This document shows positions 10,719-19,858 of a stretch of 43,668 bases of DNA, in pieces. The stretch covers positions 1-43,668 of the forward strand of contig MRSU01010932.1 of assembly GCA_008369845.1 (NCBI GenBank), given 5' to 3'. The translations under genes were made by a program, and so were the position numbers. The notes beneath the pieces are model-generated. The model had not been told where the DNA came from and made no database searches. It worked only from the letters and a program-made list of their open reading frames with translations. The first letter of the stretch is position 1. Each line of letters opens with the position of its first letter. Origin of the DNA: Trichomonas gallinae (Eukaryota).

Positions 10719-13700
10719 ATGCTTTTTGTTTTAGCGTACACTAAGAGCTTATTTGGATACCAGGGGAAGAACACTGTCATGGTGCAAGAAGGAGACTCGT
10801 ATGAAGTCTTAGGAACAGTTCCTACACCAACAAACATCAAAAGTATTCTTGAAGGAAACTTCTCTGATCCACCAATCAAGGATGAAAACGAGTATCCATG
10901 GATAGGTCATGCATTTACATGCAACCAAACATCACTTACTACAGAAGTTGAAAATATGAAAGCTGCATTTTGCAAAAATATTCCTTCTCTTACACAGGAT
11001 CAGTTATACTATCATCCAGCTGGTATAAAACAGTTTGTTACAAATGAAACTTTCATTGAAGAAATCGAGAAATCTCCACGCTTGAAACTGAGAATGTTCA
11101 TCAATACCAGACAGGATGTCCCACACTGGACAACCCTATACGCATTGCCAGGAGAACTTATTACGATTGAAATTCCAGATTGGGCGATAAATCATATTGT
11201 TGTAACAATGAACCGTGAAGCTCGTACAACAAGTTTTGGGACAAAAACTAGATACCCAGATGTTAATTGTTGGTTCACTTTGACATCAAAAATTAACAAA
11301 TTTGGATATCCGCTTGGAGGCAGCCTTGATCTAGGAATTAACCTTGATTTTGCTAACAATGGTCTTGAAATCAACATCTCAGGTGGTATAAGAATGCCCT
11401 ATTTCAGATATGGAGATAATTCTGATCAAGAATGGGAAGAAGAGCTTCGCAACTACAGGGGACCACTTGCTGTTGTTGATAGTGGAGCAATTGTTAACTT
11501 ATTCCCCGCAGATAGAGTTTTGAATCAAATCAGGATGAATGATGGCTGTGGCTTCTGGAGAACAGTGAGTAGGGTCTTCTATTCCATCAATGATGTCACT
11601 AGCTATGGAAGAAGATCAGATGGAAGAGTTAAGCATCCAGTGCTATTTAATTTCGACTCATGGGTATCTACTGGAGCTGCTTATTCCGTTCAAGGAGCAG
11701 CATTCATTCAAGCACCAATTACATGGGCCGACGCGATGATGAATTATTTAAGTGATATTTGGGGCTGCTGGGGAAACGTTCACGAATATGGCCACCAATT
11801 CCAGTCTGGCTGGGGTATATCAGGAACAGGTGAAACAACAAACAACGCCGTTAACTTCATAACCTACGCATTATTAACAGATATCGACTCAACAAGACAA
11901 ACAACAATGGCGAACGAATACCTGCACTACGGAACAAGCTGGGAGAGAGTTACACATGAGTTTGGCATGATGAATGCATTCAATGGCTATGACGGCCCAT
12001 TGACATGGTACGGAAACATGGTTTACTACTTCGGACCAGATAAATGGCGCCAGTGTTTATGGGCACACATTCATCAACTGTATTTCAAAAGGAACTCCAC
12101 GTATACATATGAGAGTGAGTTCATTTCACACTGCGCAATATTCTTCAACAGAGATCTTCGAGATTATTTCTTGAGTTTTGATTTCATCAATTCTTCGATG
12201 ATTACTTCAGAATGCAATGCTTATTTAGACAAACTCAATCTCAAATCATTCCACCCTGTTTCCAACATTTTCGCTGTAGGTTATGTCATAGATGGAGAAG
12301 AATTTGAGACTCACAAACCATACTCGATTCCTGCGAGGACTCCTTATTACTTCGATTTCGAGAAAACAATGATGACGAGAAACGGAATGCACAATTTCTC
12401 TTTCTACGCTTTGACCGCTGGACTGGGAAAGTTCGAAAAGCTAAGCAATGACGGCAAATACAAATACACACCAACATCAAACACGTCAATCGTCGACAAA
12501 TTCTATGTTGACTACAAAGATAAAACAAACGGTGATATAACAAGAGTCGTTATAAAAGTGAAGCAAATTTTCAAGGGCTGCAAGATGAGCTACATGGCTC
12601 TTCCTAAAGCAACATACAGCAGTGCAGAAAGCGCGTACGAGACATATTATAAGAACCTTGGATACATTCCAACAACAGTCCTTCGTGGAGACAATGGTAT
12701 CAAAGTTTGGCAGTACTCTTCTCACAACGCTTATGTTCCGTGGGTTGGTGTCACCGAAGGTGTCTTTATTCCAACGCAAAGCGGAACATACAGATTCTCA
12801 TTCAAGCACAATGAAGACTGCATCTTTTATTTCACTGATGAAAAACTCACTGGAGATCCATCGAATGACAACAAATACATAATAGCAATAGTTCCTAAGA
12901 CAGAAACTAGCTACGACAAGAACCAGAACACTATGGATTTGAATCTAACAGCAGGAACAAAGTATAACTTCAGATTCGTCCTCCTCAATCAGGAAAGCAC
13001 AGGAATTGGCACAGTAGGATATAGTATCAATGGATCAAGTTTCGTTGATGTTCCATCTGGTCTTATTTATTATCCTGAATGCGACGACACTGATGTCGAC
13101 ACTAATACTTTTGTCCCGAGATTCGAACAAGACCCAACACTCGGCAAATATTACGACAATGTTCAGTTATCATTGGATAAGAGGGATTGGAAATTGACAA
13201 AGTATCCAACACCTAATAACAACAACTCTGATATTCCAACATTGTTATTTGATGGCATCATAACAAACCAGGATACAATGTGTATCGGAGACTTCCCTCT
13301 TACATATACAGTAGACTTTGGCGACTATTTGACATTCGACAGACTGAATCTTCCTTTCAGGACAGACAAGAAGATGAATTCAACTATCGAACTATACTGC
13401 GATGGAACGAAATCATTGACATATGCATTCAATTCAAGCACTTATGATATTTGGCTCGGTCACGCGAGAAGATGTCGCAAGTTGGATATTGTTGTCTTGA
13501 GCAATTCATTTGGTAATTGGTCATCATTAGTTGAAATTGAGCCATATTTGACAAGAATCTCGACAACAAATAATATCATCCCAGCAACACATGAAGCCTT
13601 CTCTGTCAATGACAATGAGAAATGCGTCTTAACACGCAATGGACTCTACTATAATGGAAAAGGCTGGAAGCTGCCAGAAGGCTGCAGCTTGACAATCAAA

Positions 13701-14186
13701 ATACCACTGAATTCAACAGGTGATTCCATTGGTATTGTTGGTGACAGATCTTACTTCAACGGTGGTATTTTCGAAGTATATGTAAATGGTGACTATCACG
13801 GCTCATACAACACTTCATACGTGACAGCAGCAAATTACATCAACAGCTCGCAGAAGATTTATCAAACTGCTCTTTACGGCATCAGAGAATTGACACCTGG
13901 CACAACATATAGTCTCGAAATCAAAGTCACAAAGGGAGAAGTAGGAATTGCTGGACTTTTAGCAGACACAAACATGACAATAACTGAAGAATCTTACGCA
14001 CAGATGATGGCAAACGCGGATAAAGATAAATCCAGCAAAGTAACAACTGCTTTTGTTGTAAGAATTATTGTCGCATCATTGACTGTTGTAGCTGTTTTGG
14101 CAGCTGCAATCGGAATTGTTGTCTCTAAGTGTTTTAGTAGTAACTCGGCACCAGAAAGATCTGAACAATCTATGACTGTTGTTTGA
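10719..14186 (+). CDS. M60-like zinc metallopeptidase, type I surface protein, paralog B
   Basis: 1155 aa, collinear with the 6141 gene over its whole ectodomain. Same WGNVHEYGHQFQ..GETTNN, C-terminal TM, short tail ending SMTVV. TCACT (10672) and CCTTT (10703) lie upstream. Confidence 0.92.
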   Translation: MLFVLAYTKSLFGYQGKNTVMVQEGDSYEVLGTVPTPTNIKSILEGNFSDPPIKDENEYPWIGHAFTCNQTSLTTEVENMKAAFCKNIPSLTQDQLYYHPAGIKQFVTNETFIEEIEKSPRLKLRMFINTRQDVPHWTTLYALPGELITIEIPDWAINHIVVTMNREARTTSFGTKTRYPDVNCWFTLTSKINKFGYPLGGSLDLGINLDFANNGLEINISGGIRMPYFRYGDNSDQEWEEELRNYRGPLAVVDSGAIVNLFPADRVLNQIRMNDGCGFWRTVSRVFYSINDVTSYGRRSDGRVKHPVLFNFDSWVSTGAAYSVQGAAFIQAPITWADAMMNYLSDIWGCWGNVHEYGHQFQSGWGISGTGETTNNAVNFITYALLTDIDSTRQTTMANEYLHYGTSWERVTHEFGMMNAFNGYDGPLTWYGNMVYYFGPDKWRQCLWAHIHQLYFKRNSTYTYESEFISHCAIFFNRDLRDYFLSFDFINSSMITSECNAYLDKLNLKSFHPVSNIFAVGYVIDGEEFETHKPYSIPARTPYYFDFEKTMMTRNGMHNFSFYALTAGLGKFEKLSNDGKYKYTPTSNTSIVDKFYVDYKDKTNGDITRVVIKVKQIFKGCKMSYMALPKATYSSAESAYETYYKNLGYIPTTVLRGDNGIKVWQYSSHNAYVPWVGVTEGVFIPTQSGTYRFSFKHNEDCIFYFTDEKLTGDPSNDNKYIIAIVPKTETSYDKNQNTMDLNLTAGTKYNFRFVLLNQESTGIGTVGYSINGSSFVDVPSGLIYYPECDDTDVDTNTFVPRFEQDPTLGKYYDNVQLSLDKRDWKLTKYPTPNNNNSDIPTLLFDGIITNQDTMCIGDFPLTYTVDFGDYLTFDRLNLPFRTDKKMNSTIELYCDGTKSLTYAFNSSTYDIWLGHARRCRKLDIVVLSNSFGNWSSLVEIEPYLTRISTTNNIIPATHEAFSVNDNEKCVLTRNGLYYNGKGWKLPEGCSLTIKIPLNSTGDSIGIVGDRSYFNGGIFEVYVNGDYHGSYNTSYVTAANYINSSQKIYQTALYGIRELTPGTTYSLEIKVTKGEVGIAGLLADTNMTITEESYAQMMANADKDKSSKVTTAFVVRIIVASLTVVAVLAAAIGIVVSKCFSSNSAPERSEQSMTVV

Positions 14187-14274
14187 ATAAAAAAAAAATG
14201 CTTTTTTTAAATGATAAAGTTGAGAAATAGAATTACTATTTTTTATTTATTTAGAACATAATGTATATATAAAA

Positions 14275-16287
14275 TTATGGCAGTTCGATTGAGAGGTCAG
14301 AGCCAAGCTTCTCAAGCGAAGACATGATAAGCTCGGCGGACATTCCCAGTCTCATCTTGATGTTTTGGTTGTTTGTTGCCTTGTAGATCTTGAGGGCGCC
14401 GTTGTATGCGCTGACAATGACAATGGCGAGTTCATCGATGAATCTCTCGTTGATGACAACGCAAACAGCATCGACGAGTGTAAGGAGCGGCTGGGCCCAT
14501 TTGGCATCCTCTGTTTCCATAGTGAAGTCGCCTCTAAGTCCAGGAACCTCTTCGAAGACTCCCTGGAGCATTGTCAAAACATCGCTGATTGATGTGTCAA
14601 CGAGGGATGGATCCAAGCCCTTGAAGATAGACTTGGCGTGTTTGCCTGTCCTAGGAAGGATGCTGAACAAGAATAAAACAGTGGCATTTGGCTGCTGTGT
14701 GTATAAACGTGACACTGATGAAGTCATGTCGAACTCTGACTGATTCAGCAATATTCTCTCTAATTCAGCCTGGTCTGTGTCAAGTAAGCTTGGATCGATG
14801 CTTGCCGCGCTTTCGTCATTCTCATCAAATTGAGCATTAGCGAATGGATCTGCTTGCGCGGCAAATGGATCACTGCCTTGTGGAGCGCCGCCGAATGGAT
14901 CTCCTCCCTGGGCGAATGGATCACCTTGTTGCTGCTGAGCAAATGGATCTACCTGTTGTCCAGTGAATGGATCAACTTGCTGTCCAGTGAATGGATCATA
15001 TTGCTGTTGTGCAACGAATGGATCTGAATGCTGGCCGAATGGATCAGCAGAATTAGAATTAGCTCCTGGAAGTCCAAATCCGTGGTTAGAGGCGGCCACG
15101 AATGGATCAAATGCTTGTGGCGCTGTATGGACATGAAGATTCTTGTTCTTCTTGTGCTTCTTGGGCTTGTCATCTTTATCTTTATCATGAGAATTGTGTT
15201 TATGATGTCTATGTTTGTCTTTCTTCTTTGGTGAATCATCTTCTCCGTCATCATCGTCGTCGAAATTCAAGCCGTCGATGTTGTGTTCTGAAGAAGATGC
15301 TGAAATCTTGAATCTTTGAACTGATTCTTGCTGAGACATCATTGCGAATGGGTCGAATGATGCTGTCTTCCTAAGCTTTGGTCTGTATTTCTCGTCAACA
15401 AACTCTGGCCATGTTTCGTAGCATTTTCCTAAGATTTCGTCGATGTTTGGTCTGTAATCTGGGTTCGGATTGAGAATAAATTTGATGAGGGCCTTCATGT
15501 TGATGTCGACGACAGGATCTGCCGGGTAGTTGATCCTGGCGTTTAATATGCCAAGAGCTTCGTTCGCGTTAAAGGCATCTTTGTACGTGCAAAGTTTGTA
15601 TAGGAGGCATCCGAGGGACCAGATGTCGTATTTCGTGTTTATGTCCTGTCTGCGGAATAAGTCGACTGCTTCTGGCGCCCTGTAGATAGGCGTCGTGTAT
15701 TTTTCGATGAGAAGCTTTGTATTGTCGTTAAACTCATGTGCATACAACGGTTTGTCTGTAGCTGATCCGAAGTCGCATAATTTCCATTTGCCATCTTTTT
15801 GGAGGACGTTTTCGACTTTAATATCGCGATGGATGATTGGCTTTGGCTGCGAATGCATGCATTTCAAAGCTTCGCAGACTGGAATGAAGATTTGAAGGAT
15901 GGTCTGAATTGGCAGAGCCTTCTTGAAGTTTTTGTTGAGCATATCAACGAGTGTGGTGTCGCAGAACTCCATCAAGATCAATGACTTGAGTTCTTGCTTG
16001 TTTGCGAGCATTCCGTAAACTCTGACAATTTGCGAATATTCAGCCAATTGATTTTGGAAGTTAAACTCCTGTACGACTGCCTGGAAAGCTTCATGTGTGG
16101 TGGACGAAACATATTTCAAAGCATATTTAGTATTAGAAGAGTCGCGGCAGCTGTAAAGTGCAGCAAAGCCGCCTTCCGCGAACTTTTTATTGATTGTCAC
16201 AGTGATACCACCAATAGTGACCTGTTGTGGTGATGTCAGTGAAGGCTGAACAAGTTGAGCAAGTGAATAATTGACGTATTGAAGCAT
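14275..16287 (-). CDS. NAK-family (AAK1/GAK/Ark1-Prk1-like) Ser/Thr kinase with DPF-rich linker
   Basis: 670 aa. AEGGFA, YALK, PIIHRDIKVENVL, KLCDFGSAT, KYTTPIYRAPE and DIWSLGCLLYKL are characteristic of NAK kinases. 11 DPF motifs. TCATT Inr at 16300-16296. Confidence 0.93.
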   Translation of the reverse strand: MLQYVNYSLAQLVQPSLTSPQQVTIGGITVTINKKFAEGGFAALYSCRDSSNTKYALKYVSSTTHEAFQAVVQEFNFQNQLAEYSQIVRVYGMLANKQELKSLILMEFCDTTLVDMLNKNFKKALPIQTILQIFIPVCEALKCMHSQPKPIIHRDIKVENVLQKDGKWKLCDFGSATDKPLYAHEFNDNTKLLIEKYTTPIYRAPEAVDLFRRQDINTKYDIWSLGCLLYKLCTYKDAFNANEALGILNARINYPADPVVDINMKALIKFILNPNPDYRPNIDEILGKCYETWPEFVDEKYRPKLRKTASFDPFAMMSQQESVQRFKISASSSEHNIDGLNFDDDDDGEDDSPKKKDKHRHHKHNSHDKDKDDKPKKHKKNKNLHVHTAPQAFDPFVAASNHGFGLPGANSNSADPFGQHSDPFVAQQQYDPFTGQQVDPFTGQQVDPFAQQQQGDPFAQGGDPFGGAPQGSDPFAAQADPFANAQFDENDESAASIDPSLLDTDQAELERILLNQSEFDMTSSVSRLYTQQPNATVLFLFSILPRTGKHAKSIFKGLDPSLVDTSISDVLTMLQGVFEEVPGLRGDFTMETEDAKWAQPLLTLVDAVCVVINERFIDELAIVIVSAYNGALKIYKATNNQNIKMRLGMSAELIMSSLEKLGSDLSIELP
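14842..15108 (-). repeat. Coding repeat of ten DPF motifs (GATCCATT core)
   Basis: AATGGATC recurs on the + strand at short irregular intervals and translates as xDPF units in the kinase. An eleventh DPF is at 15346-15354. Confidence 0.85.
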
Positions 16288-16340
16288 TTTTGATTAATGA
16301 GGGGCAGACACTATTCAATATTTAGTTATGCGACTACTTA

Positions 16341-16423
16341 TGTCATGTAAAGTATTTGATAAAATGAAAAATGTCATGTAAAATAATCGCTTTTATTCAA
16401 TTTTTAAGGCTCTGACATGTAAA
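16341..16423 (+). promoter_or_regulatory. Three copies of TGWCATGTAAA upstream of the NAK kinase
   Basis: TGTCATGTAAA 16341-16351 and 16372-16382, TGACATGTAAA 16413-16423, 54-136 nt upstream of the ATG at 16287. Confidence 0.6.
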
Positions 16424-16635
16424 CAAGATTTTATGAGAAAAAACTTTGCCAACTAAAAAAAAAATGGCATAAAATCCATCAACTTTCGTTTGGAATGAAT
16501 ATCTATGAAGCTTGTGAATATATTAATCATACTATGCCATTTATAGGTCAGAAAGCGATAAAATTAAAAAGTTGCATATTCAATTACGTTTTTTTCTAAG
16601 TTGGCATTGAAATTATCAGTCTATTAGAAGTTGTT

Positions 16636-17605
16636 TCACTTAATCACTCGTTTATAGGCTCTGACTGATAAGAGAAGTTTTTCAATTTTCTGATTGTACG
16701 CGTAATCAAGCGGTGTTCTCCCATTTGCATCTATCATGTTGACATTGATACATGGTGTAGATAGAATGTATCTGCAAACATCATAATATCCCTTCATAGA
16801 TGCAAAATGCAGAGCAGATCTTACGTTTTCGTTGTGCGAATTCACATTTTAGTGCGGGAGATAAGAAACAAACTTTACAGATTCAATGTTACCGCTAAAG
16901 CAGGGATAGAACTGCTTGAATTCGACCCCTGCTTCAATGAGCATTTATAACTAGTAGTAGATGAAACTTGTCAAAATTCGCTGCATTGCTAATGATATTA
17001 CTGCGTCCGCCTGGTGTCACGTAGCAGTACCCTTTCTTCACTGCGTAGCTAATAGCATCAGTATCGTCTTCTTCAGCGATTTTGTCAAATATTTTGCTGA
17101 TTCCAAAGAAGTTGTCATTTGACATTTTGAGGCTTCTCAAAGTGATGATATTTTTGTTGGTATTTATATGGAATTGCTGCTGGAGGTTTTTGAAATCACT
17201 TGTCATGGATAAGTTCATTGTTGTCATGATTTTCTTGAGATTGTAGACTTCTTCGTTGAGATTTGATATTTAATTGTTTCTAAACAATGAATTATCATGT
17301 TCTTGTAATGCATTGATGATGTTGTATATGCACTTAAGTTGTAGAATATCATCGACTTCACTTAAAAATTCAATAATTTTTCCGAAATAGATATCTATGT
17401 GTCGTAGCATAGTCATTCTATCCTCTAAACTGTAATACTCCATACTATTCTTCAATATTGTGATCGCATCATTCGAATTCAGTTGGTAATACTCAATTGC
17501 ATTTAGAAAGTCTCCGATCTTCAGTGAGCGAAACACTGCTCCATCACTAATCATTTGTGTGATGACGTTAGAGAAATAACAAGAGTTTGTACCATGGATG
17601 CTCAT
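16636..17605 (-). pseudogene. Ankyrin-repeat gene of the trichomonad N-terminal-helical + ankyrin type, disrupted
   Basis: Three listed ORFs join into one gene: in-frame TAA 17272-17270 (RNN*ISNLNEEVYNLKKIM), frameshift near 16950 (LLLV / MLIEAGVEF), in-frame TAA 16851-16849 (LPH*NVNSHNENVRSALHFASMKG...DANGRTPLDYA). Confidence 0.88.
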
Positions 17606-17640
17606 TAGGAAATGTGATTCTGTATTGTATACATAAATTT

Positions 17641-17751
17641 TGTGATGTAAATGTAAATTTTGTCATGTAAATAAACTATTTGACGCGTAAATATATATTT
17701 TTGACATATAAACCATTATTTGTCATGTAAATATAATTTTTGTCAATTGTT
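17641..17751 (+). promoter_or_regulatory. Array of 5-6 TGWCRYRTAAA-like motifs with about 20-bp period in a divergent promoter
   Basis: Units start at 17641, 17661, 17681, 17702, 17721 and (partial) 17741, between divergent ATGs at 17605 and 17762. Confidence 0.7.
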
Positions 17752-17761
17752 AAAATCAATT

Positions 17762-18865
17762 ATGTCAAATATGAGCTTTGAGTCCGCTGATATTGAAGTC
17801 GAACAAATCACAGACCTTAAAGTTCCACAGAATGTAAAGATTCTTGACATATCGTTTTCAAATATACAAAACTTGGATGGTTTCGATTTTCATCCAAATC
17901 TACAAAAATTCATCGCTGATTACTCGCAAGTTAGTTCATTAAAAGGATTTAGTTCGATCAGAAAATGTTATTCTGTCTCAATTAAGGAAACACCTCTTGC
18001 AAAAACAAAAAACTTTAGAATTTCGCTATTAATTTTGTTTGGTGACTCTCTTACATTAATAAATGGTGCATATATAACAGACAGACTCAGAGAACAAGCA
18101 AATGCTTATCCAGAAGTTGCTAGAAAATTAATCAATTATGGATGGATTGCAGAATACCCAGTTCCATCAGATGAAAGATTTGAAGAGCTTAAACAACAAT
18201 ATTTCCCACCTCCTGAAGAGGTACAATTACAAGATTTCAACTCTACCATTTCAATTGATTTAGAAATAGAAGAAGAGGAAATCGAGGACTATGATACAGA
18301 TAAAGTTTTACACGAATATATTCTCATGGAACAGAAACTTTTCTTGAAAACATTAGAAGAAGCAGACGAATACATGGAAACTGAAGTTAAGAAGATTCCA
18401 GTAAAAACAGGCATTCTTCATGATGTTGATGTCATCCACAAGTCGTCAAGCAAAAGTATTAGTGAATTAATTTCCGAAAATACAAATGTTACATTTCGCG
18501 AAAGACTTCAGCTTATACTTGCTTCTTATGGCTATGAAATAGATCAAAATCGTGCTTCGCAGTCTATTCTAGAAAATATCGAAGATCTTTTAATAATTAG
18601 ACAAAAAATCAATGAAGCTAAGCAGAAAACAGAAATAATCCAAGAGAAAGAGGAAGAAGAGCATCAATCTGATGATATTGAAGAAGAAGATCAAGCTGAA
18701 AAGCAAAAAGAATCGAATATTCCTTCGAAAGTTGAAAATCTGTTCAAAGATGAGCTAAATGAGAGCAGTGACTTTGAAGAATCATATTCAGATGAGCCTC
18801 CTTTAACTGAAGAAGAACTCAAATTAGTCTATGAAGAAATCGAAAAATACGACGATAAATCTTAG
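17762..18865 (+). CDS. Leucine-rich-repeat protein with acidic/coiled C-terminus
   Basis: The track start at 17720 is TTG; the first ATG is 17762 (alternative 17771). LDISFSNIQNLDG, FIADYSQVSSLKG, VSIKETPL and an LRR-cap-like FRISLLILFGDSLTLING are followed by an E/D-rich tail. Confidence 0.8.
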   Translation: MSNMSFESADIEVEQITDLKVPQNVKILDISFSNIQNLDGFDFHPNLQKFIADYSQVSSLKGFSSIRKCYSVSIKETPLAKTKNFRISLLILFGDSLTLINGAYITDRLREQANAYPEVARKLINYGWIAEYPVPSDERFEELKQQYFPPPEEVQLQDFNSTISIDLEIEEEEIEDYDTDKVLHEYILMEQKLFLKTLEEADEYMETEVKKIPVKTGILHDVDVIHKSSSKSISELISENTNVTFRERLQLILASYGYEIDQNRASQSILENIEDLLIIRQKINEAKQKTEIIQEKEEEEHQSDDIEEEDQAEKQKESNIPSKVENLFKDELNESSDFEESYSDEPPLTEEELKLVYEEIEKYDDKS

Positions 18866-19406
18866 ACAATACTAGAAATTGACTATATTTCGGATTACAC
18901 AGAAATCAATGTTCAAATTCTGGAGAGATAATATTTTTATTTAAGAAAATCTTGATTAATTGACAATGCATTATATGAGATTCAATGCACAAATCGAAAT
19001 ATTTCACTACTGAGTCTATTTCACATAATTGATTTAATTTTGTTACTCAATACAAAATGATGACAAAATATCATTTCTGTATCGATTTACAGATCCAAAT
19101 AAATTGTTTGATTTTCGTTTTATTATAATTATCAATTATCTTCGTAAATTCTCTATCGAAATCAAAATCAAATGATAAACTTATGGTATCAACTACAAAG
19201 ATTGGATTTTTGTACCATACATATTGTTCTCATCACTGAAATAGTTCATAATAAGGAGAATTATATTTAAGAAGGAAAAATAAACTAGATTTGTTTACTC
19301 AGTGGGTTATATTGTTATGAAGAACCTATATAAATAGTTTATAGCATAGATAGCCTTTGATAAAGTAAATTTGGGTTGTCAAATCTTATCAATCGATAAT
19401 TAGAAT

Positions 19407-19668
19407 AATAGTTATATGAATATTATTTGATCATTATATCTTGATATCGCGCCCGTAAAAATGGCAAAATTGAAAAACAACATAACGATTATTTCTAGTT
19501 CAAATTTAAAGTACTAATATTAATCGGAAAATAGTTGTATGATTGTTATTTGATCATTTTTCAATGCTTTTGCACCCGTAAAAATTGGCAAAATTTAAAT
19601 GCTTTAAAACGATTATTTTCGATTCAAATTCATAAATGATGAAATGTAAATAATCTAATAGTTGTGTG
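19407..19668 (-). repeat. Degenerate tandem repeat (about 123-127 bp period, about 2.1 copies), locus B of the dispersed family
   Basis: AATAGTT at 19407, 19530 and 19657. TTATTTGATCATT, CCCGTAAAAAT(T)GGCAAAATT and AACGATTATTT..TTCAAATT each occur twice. The reverse complement matches 4419-4489. Confidence 0.8.
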
Positions 19669-19858
19669 TATCAAAACTGAGAAAGAAATTTTGTCGATTG
19701 TAATTTTTTGAATGAATTCCGCGGTTTTACCTATTTTAATTTTCTGTAGAAATGATAAATATTGAATTTTGTAATCATGATTTTCAAACTTAAAAAAATT
19801 GATAAGAATTTAATCGATGAATTTCACGATCCTTGGCACTTTTCTTCATCACTTCAAA

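Noticed and set aside
6141..16287. Functional cluster of surface peptidases plus endocytic kinase
   Set aside because: The kinase is convergent with the peptidase pair and each gene is a separate eukaryotic transcription unit; adjacency alone is not evidence of a system.
2223..17272. In-frame TAA codons as an alternative genetic code (TAR=Gln)
   Set aside because: Long intact genes contain no internal TAA and many end in TAA; the affected genes also carry frameshifts.
17641..17751. CRISPR-like repeat/spacer array
   Set aside because: Cores of 11 bp and spacers of about 9 bp are far too short, the DNA is eukaryotic, and there are no cas genes.
18863..18963. Stop readthrough of the LRR gene (frame stays open about 30 codons after TAG)
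   Set aside because: No supporting motif; an open stretch of this length can occur by chance.
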